Assembly (NCBI GenBank): GCA_963662655.2
Contig: CAXXTU010000002.1
Location: 2,944,001-3,008,000, forward strand
Reading direction: 5' to 3'
Length of the DNA stretch: 64,000 bases
Source: Candidatus Cloacimonadales bacterium
Lineage (GTDB): Bacteria; Cloacimonadota; Cloacimonadia; Cloacimonadales; JAIOQZ01
The position numbers and the translations under genes are program-made. How positions within the stretch are numbered: position 1 is the stretch's first letter; every line of letters begins with the position of its first letter. Below, in pieces: positions 53,637 through 64,000 of this stretch. The notes under the pieces are model-generated. The model did no database searches, was not told the origin of the DNA, and saw nothing but the letters and a program-made list of their open reading frames with translations.

Positions 53637-56137
53637 GACAATATGTCGCTTTGATTCTATTCGCAGTATGCCTTACGGGGCTTTATGCCATGCCCACGGG
53701 CAACGGCACGGAAGACGACCCCTATCTTATCGCCACGCTGGACGACCTGGAATGGATGAGTACGGGAATGGGTAGCCAATACTTGGATAAAAACTTTCTG
53801 CAAATTTGCGACATCGACGCAAGCGCCACCGCGTTTTGGAACTTCAATCTACTAAAACTTGTCTATGAGGGTTTTTTCCCCATTGGCATGTTATATGATG
53901 AATTCCACGGAAGGTACGACGGGCAGGGGTATACGATAAACGGTCTCACCGTTCACCGAATCGATCAAGTAGGTATGTTTGCTCAAGTGCGTTGCGACGA
54001 CCAATCCAACATAACTGATATTCGTAATGTGAATCTGACGAACGTCAATTTCAGTGGCCGTGACTATGTAGGCGGCATTGTAGGTGAGCTCAACACAGAT
54101 TCCGGGATGACCGCGACAATTCACAACTGCCATGTTTCTGGAACCATATGGTCGGATGGTAATAGTGTTGGAGGAATCGTCGGTTATTGCAACAAGGCAA
54201 CCATAGAGAACTGCTCGAGCAGTGCCTACATCACCTGCAACAGTAATCCCTATGGCCATGTTGGCGGAATCGCCGGCCATCTCCACGATACCTGTAACAT
54301 CTTGTATTGTAAAAATACCGGGAATATCAATACAAATTACGACAGTGTCGGAGGCATAGCTGGATACAATACTGGAACATCTACAATTAATGGATGCTTC
54401 AACAGTGGCTCAATTACTTGTGCATCAAGATGTGGCGGTATCATTGGAGAAAACGACCGGAAGGTTGTCATCACCAATACCGTCAACACCGGCACTGTCT
54501 CCGCGACCAGTTACGTAGGTGGAATTACCGGCTTCGAGGGTTGCTACATCTACAACCCCAGTGTCTACAGAAAATGTCTCAACTCTGGTGTGGTGTCAGG
54601 CGCCTTGCGCGGAGGATTGATTGCCTATAGGGAATACGAGACGAGCAATGTAACCGTGTCCGGTTGCTTCTGGGACACCGAGACCAGCGGCATTACTTAT
54701 ACGGCTGTAGGCGGCACGGGCCTCACCACGCAAGAACTGCAGACCGACTTCAGTCTATATGTTAACGCCGGCTGGGACTTCGACCTTAACCATATCGGCT
54801 ACAGCAGCACCGCTACCTGGTGCTTCGACGGCCGAAACGCAAGCTACCCGGCCCTTACCTGCATGGGGGGATTCAACTACCCCGCGCTGCCGGCTTCAGG
54901 CAGCGGCACGTCCGAATCGCCTTATCAAATCAGCAACCTGGCCAATCTGCTGTGGCTGACGAAAGATTCCAGCGTATGGGACTCGGACTTTCTGCTGACC
55001 TCCGATATCGACGCCGGCACGCTATCGAATGTCACTGGCGGTGCGACCTCCATCGGCAGCAACAGTGACAGGTTCACCGGATCGTTCGATGGCAACGGAC
55101 ACACGATCAGCGGCTACTACAACAACCACATCACTACCGATTGCACCGGTTTTTTCGGCTACGCATACACCGCGCAGATCAGCGACCTGATCCTCGTCGA
55201 CAGCAGTGTCAAAGGCGCGACGAGCGTGGGCGGACTTGTCGGAACGCTGAGCCATTCGACGATTACCGGGTGCTCCGTGTCGGGCTATGTTGACGGTACG
55301 ACCAACGTCAGCGGTCTGGTTGGGCAGCTTTGGGGTTATTCCACTGTCAGCGAGTGCGTCTCGACAGTCTTTGTCGAAGGAGGCACCAGGGTCGGTGGCA
55401 TCGTCGGATTTCAGCAGGGGGGCGCCGTGAATCGCTGCTTCAGCTCCGGAGATGTGGAAGGCGCTAACTCGGTCGGCGGCATGATCGGCAGTTCGAGCCC
55501 GTGTTCCCCCTATACGTGCACGGTCCGGGATTGCTACAGCATTTGCTATATCGACGGCGGTGGTACGAACTACGGCGGCTTCGTCGGTTATCTGGAGGGC
55601 ACGACTGTCACCCATTGCTACAGCAGGGGCAGGATCGATGGAAGCGGCACGTCCGGCGGTTTCGCGGCGACGGCATCGGGCTCGACGGTCACCGGCTGTT
55701 TCTGGGACGTGGAAAGGTCCGGCAAGACCACCAGCGCTGCCGGAACCGGTCGCACCACCGCGGCGATGAAAACGCGTTCCAACTACCTGAATGCCGGCTG
55801 GGACTTCGCTGGCGAAACGGCGAACGGACCCGACGACTTCTGGAACATGGACGGCGTCAACAACGAAGGCTACCCCTATCTTTCCTGGCAGCCCTACGAC
55901 CCGATCGCGCTGACCCCGCCGCAGAATGTGGCGATTTCCACCAGCTCCGCCAGCGTGACGATCACCTGGAGCGCGGCTCAGTACGCGAACTGCTACAAGA
56001 TACTCTCGTGCGATACGCCGGACGGCGTATTCACCGAAGACAGCTCGGGCGCTTTCGATGGGACTTCCTGGTCGGCTCCCACGCCGGATGGGAAACGATT
56101 TTATCGCGTCAAGGCGGTCCGGGATTTGGGGAGGTAA
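53633..56137 (+). CDS. Secreted GLUG-motif beta-helix protein with two tandem modules
   Basis: Signal peptide; two G.GT...PY.I..L..L.W...DIDA...F.G..DG.G.TI.G modules; many VGG(I/L)(V/A)G repeats; CFWD...SG, NAGWDF, N..YP.L. Confidence 0.85.
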   Translation: MRQYVALILFAVCLTGLYAMPTGNGTEDDPYLIATLDDLEWMSTGMGSQYLDKNFLQICDIDASATAFWNFNLLKLVYEGFFPIGMLYDEFHGRYDGQGYTINGLTVHRIDQVGMFAQVRCDDQSNITDIRNVNLTNVNFSGRDYVGGIVGELNTDSGMTATIHNCHVSGTIWSDGNSVGGIVGYCNKATIENCSSSAYITCNSNPYGHVGGIAGHLHDTCNILYCKNTGNINTNYDSVGGIAGYNTGTSTINGCFNSGSITCASRCGGIIGENDRKVVITNTVNTGTVSATSYVGGITGFEGCYIYNPSVYRKCLNSGVVSGALRGGLIAYREYETSNVTVSGCFWDTETSGITYTAVGGTGLTTQELQTDFSLYVNAGWDFDLNHIGYSSTATWCFDGRNASYPALTCMGGFNYPALPASGSGTSESPYQISNLANLLWLTKDSSVWDSDFLLTSDIDAGTLSNVTGGATSIGSNSDRFTGSFDGNGHTISGYYNNHITTDCTGFFGYAYTAQISDLILVDSSVKGATSVGGLVGTLSHSTITGCSVSGYVDGTTNVSGLVGQLWGYSTVSECVSTVFVEGGTRVGGIVGFQQGGAVNRCFSSGDVEGANSVGGMIGSSSPCSPYTCTVRDCYSICYIDGGGTNYGGFVGYLEGTTVTHCYSRGRIDGSGTSGGFAATASGSTVTGCFWDVERSGKTTSAAGTGRTTAAMKTRSNYLNAGWDFAGETANGPDDFWNMDGVNNEGYPYLSWQPYDPIALTPPQNVAISTSSASVTITWSAAQYANCYKILSCDTPDGVFTEDSSGAFDGTSWSAPTPDGKRFYRVKAVRDLGR

Positions 56138-56470
56138 AGCTCGGATCGAGAAGACGGTTACAGCTAGGTACCGTTCTGAAATGAATTGCCCCGGTCTTCC
56201 TTTGTCTCACCGGTCAACCATTTCAGGACGGGACACCTGAGACTCCGGTCGGCTTACCGCTTTTATTTTTGTGAGGTCGAGAAATATACCATTACGCCAT
56301 GGAAAGGATGATGGATTTACGCTCAACAGCTACGAGCCAACTTCGTATGAAAAAATGGGGGTATGCGGGCAATAAATAAACTTGACATAATCACACAAAG
56401 GATCGATGATATTGTTATATTGAAATATCGATTTGCATACCATAGTTGATTCTTCAAACTGGAGGTACTT

Positions 56471-59053
56471 ATGCGAACATTGATCCTGATCCTTTGCGCT
56501 TTGGTCTTTTCCACTTTGCAAGCAACCATTCTTCACGTGGCTCAAGACGGCTCTGAGTTTTATTCTGAAATCCAAACGGCGATCGACGCATCCACCAACG
56601 GGGATACCGTACTTGTCTTTCCGGGAACATACGAGGAAAATATAACGTTCAATGGTCACAACATCACTCTCGGCAGTCTGGAACTGACCACGCACGATCC
56701 ACAGTTTATCCATACAACGATTATCGACGGTAATCATCAGGGACGCTGCGTGAACATCGTTGATGGCAATGGGGATGTCACGCTTCAGGGATTCACAATA
56801 ATACACGGCATCGGCGAAAGTTCGCATAATAATGTGCCGACATCTGGAGGCGGAATTGTAATTAGCGAGATGGATATAGTGACGATCAGGAATTGCCAGA
56901 TCAAGTACAATCGTGCGGATCATGCCGCAGGCGTTGCGATCGAAGATACCGAACACATCATCCTGTCCGGCGTATCCATCCACGACAACCACTCCTTCAG
57001 CTACGGAGGCGGAATCACCTTCTCCTACGAAACGGACACGATCGAGTTCGATGGATCGAATCGTTGCAGTATCTACAACAACTTCTCGAACACACCTGAT
57101 ATTTACTGCGACAACATCTTGAGCTGCGACGTCATTCTCGACACGTTCACCGTAGCACAACCACAAGGCTACTTTGCGAACTACAACAGCTGGCGAAACA
57201 GCATCCCGGACGAAAGTCCATTCACTTTCGACATCCTGCACGGATGGATCGAACCGATCGATCATGACATGTACGTATCGCCGACCGGAAACGATAGCAA
57301 CGATGGATTGACACCGGCTACACCGCTCAAAAGCATTGCAGTGGCTATTCAACGGATCGCACCTGTAAGATTTCACCGCAACACGGTTCATCTTGCATCG
57401 GGGACTTTCAGTCTTGACAATGATGGATATCCTTACATTATCAGCGGGAAACGATATGTGAATATTGCCGGGGCTGGGATGTACGATACGATTATCGAAG
57501 CTGACAACAGCTACGGAGCTTTGCATCTATCCTTACGAAACGGGGACGCATTGCTTCAAGATTTCTGCATACAAGGTCTGGATACGTCGAAGGATAATTC
57601 ATCATTCGGATGTGGCTCGGACAATGTAACCTTACGAAACATCGCGATCCGCGATAATCTGTCCGGCAGAACACCAGGTTTTTCTTGCAGTTCATGCGGA
57701 AACGTCATGTTTGACAATGTTCACTTTCTGAATAATTCTACTCATGATGGGACGGCAGCCTTGAGAATTTACGAATCGGACGTGGTCATTTCGAATTGTG
57801 TATTCGACGGCAACTACTCACGGTACCTCGAAGGCTCGGCTATACCGATTATGCGATGCGAAACCAGTGGTGATCTGATTATCCGGAACTCGATCTTCAG
57901 TAATAACGTCTGTGGTGAATCTAGCGAAAATCCAAACCAGATTGTGCTGATAATCGAAGAAGGAAGCGTAGATGATCCTCCGATCGTTATCGAGAACAAC
58001 CTATTTTACGGCAACATTCAGGATGACGGTGCGACGATGTCGATCAGCACACACGATCGGATTCTGATCATGAATGGCAACACGTTCGTCGACAACACTG
58101 CACCGCATTCGATTGTCCGACAACAGGGTTATATCGAGATGACCAATTCAATTTTCTGGAACAATATCGCCGAACACCAGATACATATCGACGAATACAG
58201 CACACCATACTATTCGGTTTTAGATTACAACGACATCCAGGGCGGCGCTTCATCAATCCACAACTGTGCCGGGGACGAATACCTCGTATGGGGTGAGAAC
58301 AATTGCAATATAGATCCTGAATTTACAGTGGTATTCGATAACCTATACATGCTGAGCGTGGACTCTCCTCTGATCGATCAGGGTCAACCCGATCCGTCGT
58401 TCGATCGAAAGCCGGTAGATGTTATCGGCAACGAGAGGATATGGGATGGCGATGGCGACGGAAACGAGCGGATGGATATCGGATGCTACGAGTATCAATT
58501 CATGGCACCGCCGGAGAACCTTTCCGCTGAACAGGAAGGTGAGAATGTCCACCTGATATGGGATCACGCCTGTCGCAGCTTGAATCGGTGGAATATTTAT
58601 CGCGATAGCACGCTAATTGATTCAACTTCACCCGAATACGGCAATCAATACACCGATGGCGTCGTTCCAGTCGGCGAACACTCATACTACATTACCGCAA
58701 GGTACGGAAATATAGAAACTTCGCCGTCCAACGTTGCAACGATCACCGTTTCGACCGATGAAACGGATATCCTCGTACCGCCATTCCTGGTCTCTGCCTA
58801 CCCTAATCCTTTCAATCCAGAGACGACGATATTCTACAGTATCCCGCAGAAAGGCGAGATTGAGATCGACGTATTCAACATCAAAGGTCAGAAGGTAAGG
58901 ACGCTCATCAACGAACAGCAGGAAGCGGGACAACACTCTGTTGTGTGGAATGGTAGGGATGTAGCGAACAAGGCGTGTTCGTCGGGGATCTATTTCTACA
59001 GGTTGAAGAACGGTTCGTATAGTAAAACACGCAAGATGATTCTATTGAAGTAA
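56471..59053 (+). CDS. Secreted right-handed beta-helix protein with FN3-like and FlgD-like C-terminal domain
   Basis: GGAGG RBS, signal peptide, IQTAIDA..GDTVLV.PGTY.EN, YVSPTGNDSNDG, SPLIDQG...DIGCYE, YPNPFNP...RKMILLK. Confidence 0.88.
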   Translation: MRTLILILCALVFSTLQATILHVAQDGSEFYSEIQTAIDASTNGDTVLVFPGTYEENITFNGHNITLGSLELTTHDPQFIHTTIIDGNHQGRCVNIVDGNGDVTLQGFTIIHGIGESSHNNVPTSGGGIVISEMDIVTIRNCQIKYNRADHAAGVAIEDTEHIILSGVSIHDNHSFSYGGGITFSYETDTIEFDGSNRCSIYNNFSNTPDIYCDNILSCDVILDTFTVAQPQGYFANYNSWRNSIPDESPFTFDILHGWIEPIDHDMYVSPTGNDSNDGLTPATPLKSIAVAIQRIAPVRFHRNTVHLASGTFSLDNDGYPYIISGKRYVNIAGAGMYDTIIEADNSYGALHLSLRNGDALLQDFCIQGLDTSKDNSSFGCGSDNVTLRNIAIRDNLSGRTPGFSCSSCGNVMFDNVHFLNNSTHDGTAALRIYESDVVISNCVFDGNYSRYLEGSAIPIMRCETSGDLIIRNSIFSNNVCGESSENPNQIVLIIEEGSVDDPPIVIENNLFYGNIQDDGATMSISTHDRILIMNGNTFVDNTAPHSIVRQQGYIEMTNSIFWNNIAEHQIHIDEYSTPYYSVLDYNDIQGGASSIHNCAGDEYLVWGENNCNIDPEFTVVFDNLYMLSVDSPLIDQGQPDPSFDRKPVDVIGNERIWDGDGDGNERMDIGCYEYQFMAPPENLSAEQEGENVHLIWDHACRSLNRWNIYRDSTLIDSTSPEYGNQYTDGVVPVGEHSYYITARYGNIETSPSNVATITVSTDETDILVPPFLVSAYPNPFNPETTIFYSIPQKGEIEIDVFNIKGQKVRTLINEQQEAGQHSVVWNGRDVANKACSSGIYFYRLKNGSYSKTRKMILLK

Positions 59054-59246
59054 GCCTTAGGAATCTGTTTCAATAATATCTAAAAGCGAATCGTAGTCTT
59101 CGCCGCGACAGCTTCTTGAACTCGTAGAAATAGTTGCATTGGCTTTGAGCAGCTTCTCACGCGCATCTTTCATGCCGACCTCGAAGGAAAATCCTTGACG
59201 CTTCGTAATCGAAATGGAGTTTGCAGGTAAAAATCAGGATCTGTTG

Positions 59247-60002
59247 ATGGAACAAACGATTATCACCTGCTTGAATTGTGGAAACCCGTACGAAGGAGAT
59301 TTTTGCCCTTCGTGCGGACAGTCGGCCTCGACCGGGAAATTCACATGGAATTCATTGCTGTTCGCCCTCTTGCATGCGTTCGACTTCGAGCGTGGCATCC
59401 TCTTTGTCTTTCGGGAGTTATGGATACGGCCCAGGCAGCTGCTGCTCGGTTATCTCAGCGGAAAAAGAACGAATGTGTATCCGCCCTTCAAGTACATGCT
59501 GGTTTCCATTGCAATAACCGCGGCCTTGAATTATTTGTACGACGACCTCGGAATGAAGGAATTTGTGGTAAATGGCGTTGAACATAGTTTCGATATGTGG
59601 ACCTCTACCAACTTATCCATCTATCACATTGTCCTGCTACCCTTTTATGCTCTCTCCACCAGATTCTTCTTCCGAAAATGGAAATTGACATTGCCGGAGC
59701 ACATTGTGCTGGCCATGTTTGCGCTCGGGCAAATGAATTTGACAGAGTTCATTATTCTGTGCGTCTTTTGCTGGATCCCCGGCATCGTGAGCTTCAGCAC
59801 GGTGATCGCGATGATCATTCCAGGCTACATCTACTTCATGATGTGCAAGCCGAGAAACGTTGGCTCCTTCTTCAAATCGATTAGCGCCTGCATTGTTGCA
59901 TTGACGATGTTTGTATTGGTAATCATCATTTTTACTGTGCTATTCATGTTCATCACAAATGGAGATCTTGCATTACATCTTGATCTACGCCAAACGAAGT
60001 AA
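59247..60002 (+). CDS. DUF3667-like membrane protein with N-terminal zinc ribbon
   Basis: CLNCG...FCPSCGQ, P...L.GY.SGKR...PP..Y, PEH, multiple TMs. Start 59247 or 59214. Confidence 0.8.
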   Translation: MEQTIITCLNCGNPYEGDFCPSCGQSASTGKFTWNSLLFALLHAFDFERGILFVFRELWIRPRQLLLGYLSGKRTNVYPPFKYMLVSIAITAALNYLYDDLGMKEFVVNGVEHSFDMWTSTNLSIYHIVLLPFYALSTRFFFRKWKLTLPEHIVLAMFALGQMNLTEFIILCVFCWIPGIVSFSTVIAMIIPGYIYFMMCKPRNVGSFFKSISACIVALTMFVLVIIIFTVLFMFITNGDLALHLDLRQTK

Positions 60003-60158
60003 TGAAGCTGCCATAGTATCATTCTGATATCGATGCTAATGACGTAAAAAAAAGAGCCTGCCGCCCCGGCACCGCTGCCCTTCCGACTTTTTTTCTTTTC
60101 TGTTTGACAGATTTTTGCAGTGTTACATATTTGCAACAGAAATGCATCGGAGGTTTCA

Positions 60159-62984
60159 TTGAAAACTGAAATCATTATCAAGGGCGCGCAAGAGCATAAC
60201 CTGAAAAGTATAAATGTCTCTATCCCGCGGAATAAACTGGTCGTCTTCACCGGCGTATCCGGCTCGGGGAAATCATCTCTGGCGTTCGATACGCTGTACG
60301 CTGAAGGCCAGCGACGTTATGTGGAATCCCTGTCCGCATACGCGAGGCAGTTCCTCGGGCAGATGGAGAAACCGCGGGTCGATTACATCGAAGGACTCTC
60401 TCCCGCGATATCAATCGAGCAGAAGAGCGCAGGGAAGAATCCCCGCTCCACCGTCGGCACCGTCACGGAGATATACGACTACCTTAGAATACTTTACGCT
60501 CGTATCGGGCATCAGCATTGTTATCAGTGCGGCGATCCAGTCGGCTCGCAGTCCGTCGATCAGATTGTTGAGCATATTCTCGAGAATCCGGAAAGAACCC
60601 GCCTGCAAATCCTTGCGCCGATCGTACAAAATCGGAAAGGTACACACAAAGAAGAGTTGGACGAGGCGCGACGAGAGGGTTTTGTCCGGGTCATGATCAA
60701 TGGCCAGATGCGCGAGCTGGCGGAGGATATACAGCTCGATAAAAAGAGCAAGCACACCATCGACCTGGTTATCGATCGCCTTGTGATCAAGGAAGATGTG
60801 CGCTCCCGCCTGACCGATTCCGTCGAGACGGCACTTCGCATCACCAACGGAAGCGTGAAGATCGATTACCCGGATGAAAGCCGGAGCGAGGTGCTGTCCG
60901 AGGCCAACGCCTGTACCCGATGCGGTATCAGCTATCCCGAGCTTACGCCACAACATTTCTCCTTCAACAGTCCCATCGGTATGTGCCCAACCTGTAACGG
61001 GTTGGGTACCCGCATGGAGTTCGACCCCGAGCTGATTGTACCGAATGACAATCTCACGATCAATCAGGGCGCGGTGGTTCCGTGGGGCGTGATGTCCGAT
61101 AAACGCACTAGCTGGAGGTACCGCTACCTCAAACAGCTCATGCAGGAGTATGACTTCGATTTGAATACGCCCTGGAAGAAGCTCCCCGAGAAGGTACAGG
61201 ATACGCTTCTGTATGGAAGCAAGGGGAAACGCATTCGCATCAAATGGCAGAGCACTCATGGCTCGGGAGAATTCATGACCAGCCACGAGGGCGTGATTCC
61301 AAATATGGAACGCCTGATGCACGAAACGAAGTCGGAATACCGCCGCCGTGAATTCATGCGCTACCTCAGCGACAGGCCTTGCCCCGATTGCGAAGGGCGC
61401 AGGCTGCGAAAGGAGAGCCTCGCGGTCATGATTAAGGGGAGATCAATCGACCATGTTTCGTCCATGTCGATATCGGAAGCCCACACCTTTTTCTCCAATA
61501 TTGAGCTCTCGGGCAACGAGAAGCTCATTGCCGAAGAAATCCTGAAAGAGATCAAGGCCCGGCTCGGATTCCTCATCAACGTCGGGCTGCACTACCTCAC
61601 GCTCGAGCGTCGCGCTCCGACGCTTTCCGGCGGGGAATCGCAGCGAATTCGTCTCGCCAGCCAGATCGGAAGTAGCCTCGTCGGCGTAATGTACATTCTG
61701 GACGAGCCGAGTATCGGCCTGCATCAGCGCGATAACGGCAAGCTGATCGCCATGCTCCAGCAGCTTCGGGACATCGGAAATTCCATCCTGGTGGTTGAGC
61801 ATGATGAAGAGATGATGCGAAGCGCGGACCAGATTCTCGATTTCGGTCCCAAGGCCGGTATATACGGTGGAGAGATCGTCTCACAGGGAACGCTCAAAGA
61901 GATCATGCGCGATCCAAAATCGCTCACAGGTCAATATCTTTCCGGAAAGCTTCAAATCGAGACACCCTCGGAGCGAAAGATCGAGCAGAAGCGCATTCTG
62001 TCGATCAGGAACGCCCGTAAGAATAACCTGAAGAATCTCGATGTGGATATCCCGATCGGGCTTTTCACGTGCATCACCGGCGTATCGGGTTCGGGTAAAA
62101 GCTCGTTGATCAACCAGACGCTTTATCCCGCGCTGGCCAATCGCCTGAACCACGCGAGAATGATTGAATCGGATTACGACGACATCTTGGGAACCGAGCA
62201 TCTCGATAAGGTGATCTGCATCGATCAGCAGCCGATCGGCAGGACACCGCGCTCGAATCCGGCAACCTATATCAAGCTTTTCGATCCCATCCGCAATCTG
62301 TTCGCGAAACTCCCTGCCTCCAAGATAAGGGGATACAGCCCGGGGCGTTTCTCGTTCAACGTGAAAGGCGGACGCTGCGAGGCCTGCGAAGGTGCCGGGG
62401 TAATCAAGATCGAGATGCATTTCCTTGCCGATTTGTACGTTCCTTGCGAGGTGTGCAAGGGCAGGAGGTACAACTCGGAAACGCTGGCGATCAAGTACAA
62501 GGACAAGAGTATTTCCGATGTGCTAGACATGGATGTTCAGGAAGCGCTGGAGATATTCGGCAATGTGCCCTCGATCAAATCGAAGTTGAAGACGCTCGCA
62601 GATGTCGGTTTGGACTACATCAAGGTGGGGCAGGCATCCACTACGCTTTCCGGCGGCGAGGCGCAACGTATCAAGCTCGCCAAGGAATTGAGCAGGGCAA
62701 GCACGGGAAAAACCTGCTATATCCTCGATGAGCCTACGACCGGCTTGCATTTCGACGACATCAAGAAGCTGTTGGGTGTGCTGAAGAAGTTTGTTGAAAG
62801 CGGAAACACGGTCATCGTGATCGAGCACAACCTCGATGTAATTAAAAGCGCGGATCACATTATTGATCTTGGCCCTGATGGCGGGAACAACGGTGGGACA
62901 ATCGTCGCCCAGGGAACTCCGGAAGAAATCGCGGCAAACAAGAACTCTTACACGGGGCATTTCCTGAAGGAGCATCTGAAGTAG
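60159..62984 (+). CDS. uvrA: Excinuclease ABC subunit A
   Basis: GAQEHNLK, two GVSGSGKSS Walker A, LSGGE, LDEP, zinc fingers; TTG start after GGAGG RBS. Confidence 0.97.
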   Translation: MKTEIIIKGAQEHNLKSINVSIPRNKLVVFTGVSGSGKSSLAFDTLYAEGQRRYVESLSAYARQFLGQMEKPRVDYIEGLSPAISIEQKSAGKNPRSTVGTVTEIYDYLRILYARIGHQHCYQCGDPVGSQSVDQIVEHILENPERTRLQILAPIVQNRKGTHKEELDEARREGFVRVMINGQMRELAEDIQLDKKSKHTIDLVIDRLVIKEDVRSRLTDSVETALRITNGSVKIDYPDESRSEVLSEANACTRCGISYPELTPQHFSFNSPIGMCPTCNGLGTRMEFDPELIVPNDNLTINQGAVVPWGVMSDKRTSWRYRYLKQLMQEYDFDLNTPWKKLPEKVQDTLLYGSKGKRIRIKWQSTHGSGEFMTSHEGVIPNMERLMHETKSEYRRREFMRYLSDRPCPDCEGRRLRKESLAVMIKGRSIDHVSSMSISEAHTFFSNIELSGNEKLIAEEILKEIKARLGFLINVGLHYLTLERRAPTLSGGESQRIRLASQIGSSLVGVMYILDEPSIGLHQRDNGKLIAMLQQLRDIGNSILVVEHDEEMMRSADQILDFGPKAGIYGGEIVSQGTLKEIMRDPKSLTGQYLSGKLQIETPSERKIEQKRILSIRNARKNNLKNLDVDIPIGLFTCITGVSGSGKSSLINQTLYPALANRLNHARMIESDYDDILGTEHLDKVICIDQQPIGRTPRSNPATYIKLFDPIRNLFAKLPASKIRGYSPGRFSFNVKGGRCEACEGAGVIKIEMHFLADLYVPCEVCKGRRYNSETLAIKYKDKSISDVLDMDVQEALEIFGNVPSIKSKLKTLADVGLDYIKVGQASTTLSGGEAQRIKLAKELSRASTGKTCYILDEPTTGLHFDDIKKLLGVLKKFVESGNTVIVIEHNLDVIKSADHIIDLGPDGGNNGGTIVAQGTPEEIAANKNSYTGHFLKEHLK

Positions 62985-63053
62985 ATTTTTCGTACTGAAG
63001 ATTGGATGTTATTCTGAAGTCATGTTCTAAGGTTCCGGCAAAGGAGAATACCA

Positions 63054-63599
63054 ATGAACATTGTCGTATTGCATGGCAGCCCAAGGAAGAATGGCGACTC
63101 CGATACGCTTGTCGCTACTTTCATCAATGCCTACTGCGAAGTTCAGTCTGCCGAAGTCATACATTTCCGACTCAACGATATGCAAATCAAGCCGTGCCAG
63201 GGGTGCCTGCGCTGCATGCAAAGGGGAATTTGTTGTATCCAGGACGATATGCAGGAAATCTACAGCGCGTTTTCCACGGCGGACATCGTTGTGTGGGCAT
63301 CGCCGATGTATTGGGGTTATCTCACGGCGCAAATGAAGCTGGCGCTGGACCGCATGGAGTCGCTGGTGTGTAGAGACGGCTGGAAAGGTAAAACGTTTGT
63401 CGTGCTCCTCACGTACCACCATCATGTTCAATCGACCGTCAATTTCTTCGAGAGGGTATGTCCCTATTTCGAGACGGATTTGCATATTGTGCCCTGCCAG
63501 ACTTATGATCACAGCGCCGATCGCCATATCCCCGCTTCGGAGAAAGTAGCTGAACTAGCACGATGCAAGGAGCTTGCCAGGCTTCTTGCAAGGAATTAG
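63054..63599 (+). CDS. Iron-sulfur flavoprotein / NADPH-dependent FMN reductase family
   Basis: GSPRKNG, PCQGCLRC...C.IQDDM, SPMYWG...QMK..LDR. Confidence 0.88.
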   Translation: MNIVVLHGSPRKNGDSDTLVATFINAYCEVQSAEVIHFRLNDMQIKPCQGCLRCMQRGICCIQDDMQEIYSAFSTADIVVWASPMYWGYLTAQMKLALDRMESLVCRDGWKGKTFVVLLTYHHHVQSTVNFFERVCPYFETDLHIVPCQTYDHSADRHIPASEKVAELARCKELARLLARN

Positions 63600-63860
63600 A
63601 AGCTTTCGCTTATATGATACTTCGTGCAATATGGCGGTAAGCAGTAGACGATAACTGTGACCATGATTCTCTTCAGAATCATTTCTTCGACGTGCTGATT
63701 TTGCATGAAGCACAGAAGTCCAACGTTATAAACTAGCTTTGACAGCTCCGTTCTTACATGCCTCTTGGCTGGCGGGAAAAGTCTTGACATCATAAAAAAC
63801 AGAAGAGGATATGACTTTGCAAAAATGGATGCTTGATATCGATAATAACGGAGGAATCGA

Positions 63861-64000
63861 ATGGCAATTATTGAAAGAATAGAATATTTCCTTCCAGAAA
63901 GCGTGATTTCGAACGACGATCTAGCTAAACTGACAACCCGTTTTTCCAGCGAAAAGATAAAAGCCAAGCTCGGTGTTTCGAATCGGCACATCGCCGGTGA
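63861..64000 (+). CDS. Ketoacyl-ACP synthase III (FabH-like), 5' partial
   Basis: GGAGG RBS; MAIIERIEYFLPESVISNDDL...EKIKAKLGVSNRHIA matches a FabH-family N-terminus. Confidence 0.75.
   Translation, partial: MAIIERIEYFLPESVISNDDLAKLTTRFSSEKIKAKLGVSNRHIAG

Noticed and set aside
63596..63991. 131-aa minus-strand ORF
   Set aside because: Overlaps the FabH-like start and its upstream region; no recognisable features.

Overview
Bacterial chromosomal window, most likely Candidatus Cloacimonadota (WWE1). This is inferred from the FlgD-like 'PNPFNP...K(M/I)(I/L)(L/M)LK' C-terminal domains, a gingipain-like C25 protease, a PorV-family protein and 16S signature stretches; no database search was run. 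Contents in order: 5' part of a C25 protease gene running off the left edge; mntP with a perfect sigma70 promoter and apparently no leader; a surface-polysaccharide cluster; an mtnA-to-ftsB operon; a 2368-aa secreted modular adhesin; gyrB-gyrA; PTS IIA plus PorV-like gene; a sensor with only a DHp domain; a TetR/MMPL/LolA-like/porin operon; a ~270-nt nested palindromic element; DJ-1 plus a secreted PKD/LamG protein and TetR; two TPR signalling proteins; an rRNA operon without spacer tRNAs; a TPR-sigma54 activator followed by tandem enhancer palindromes, an IHF-like site, a -24/-12 promoter and a GLUG-repeat target; a secreted beta-helix protein; DUF3667; uvrA; an Fe-S flavoprotein; and the start of a FabH-like gene. 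Best leads: (1) three soluble TPR sensors sharing one linker but with different outputs, including ATPase-less kinases and a readable sigma54 circuit; (2) the branched element at 36994-37264; (3) a recurring R-D-R junction motif shared by the protease and a secreted cargo; (4) a GAnnnT -10 bias; (5) QRDR-substituted gyrase. No CRISPR array, tRNA, transposase or prophage gene was seen.
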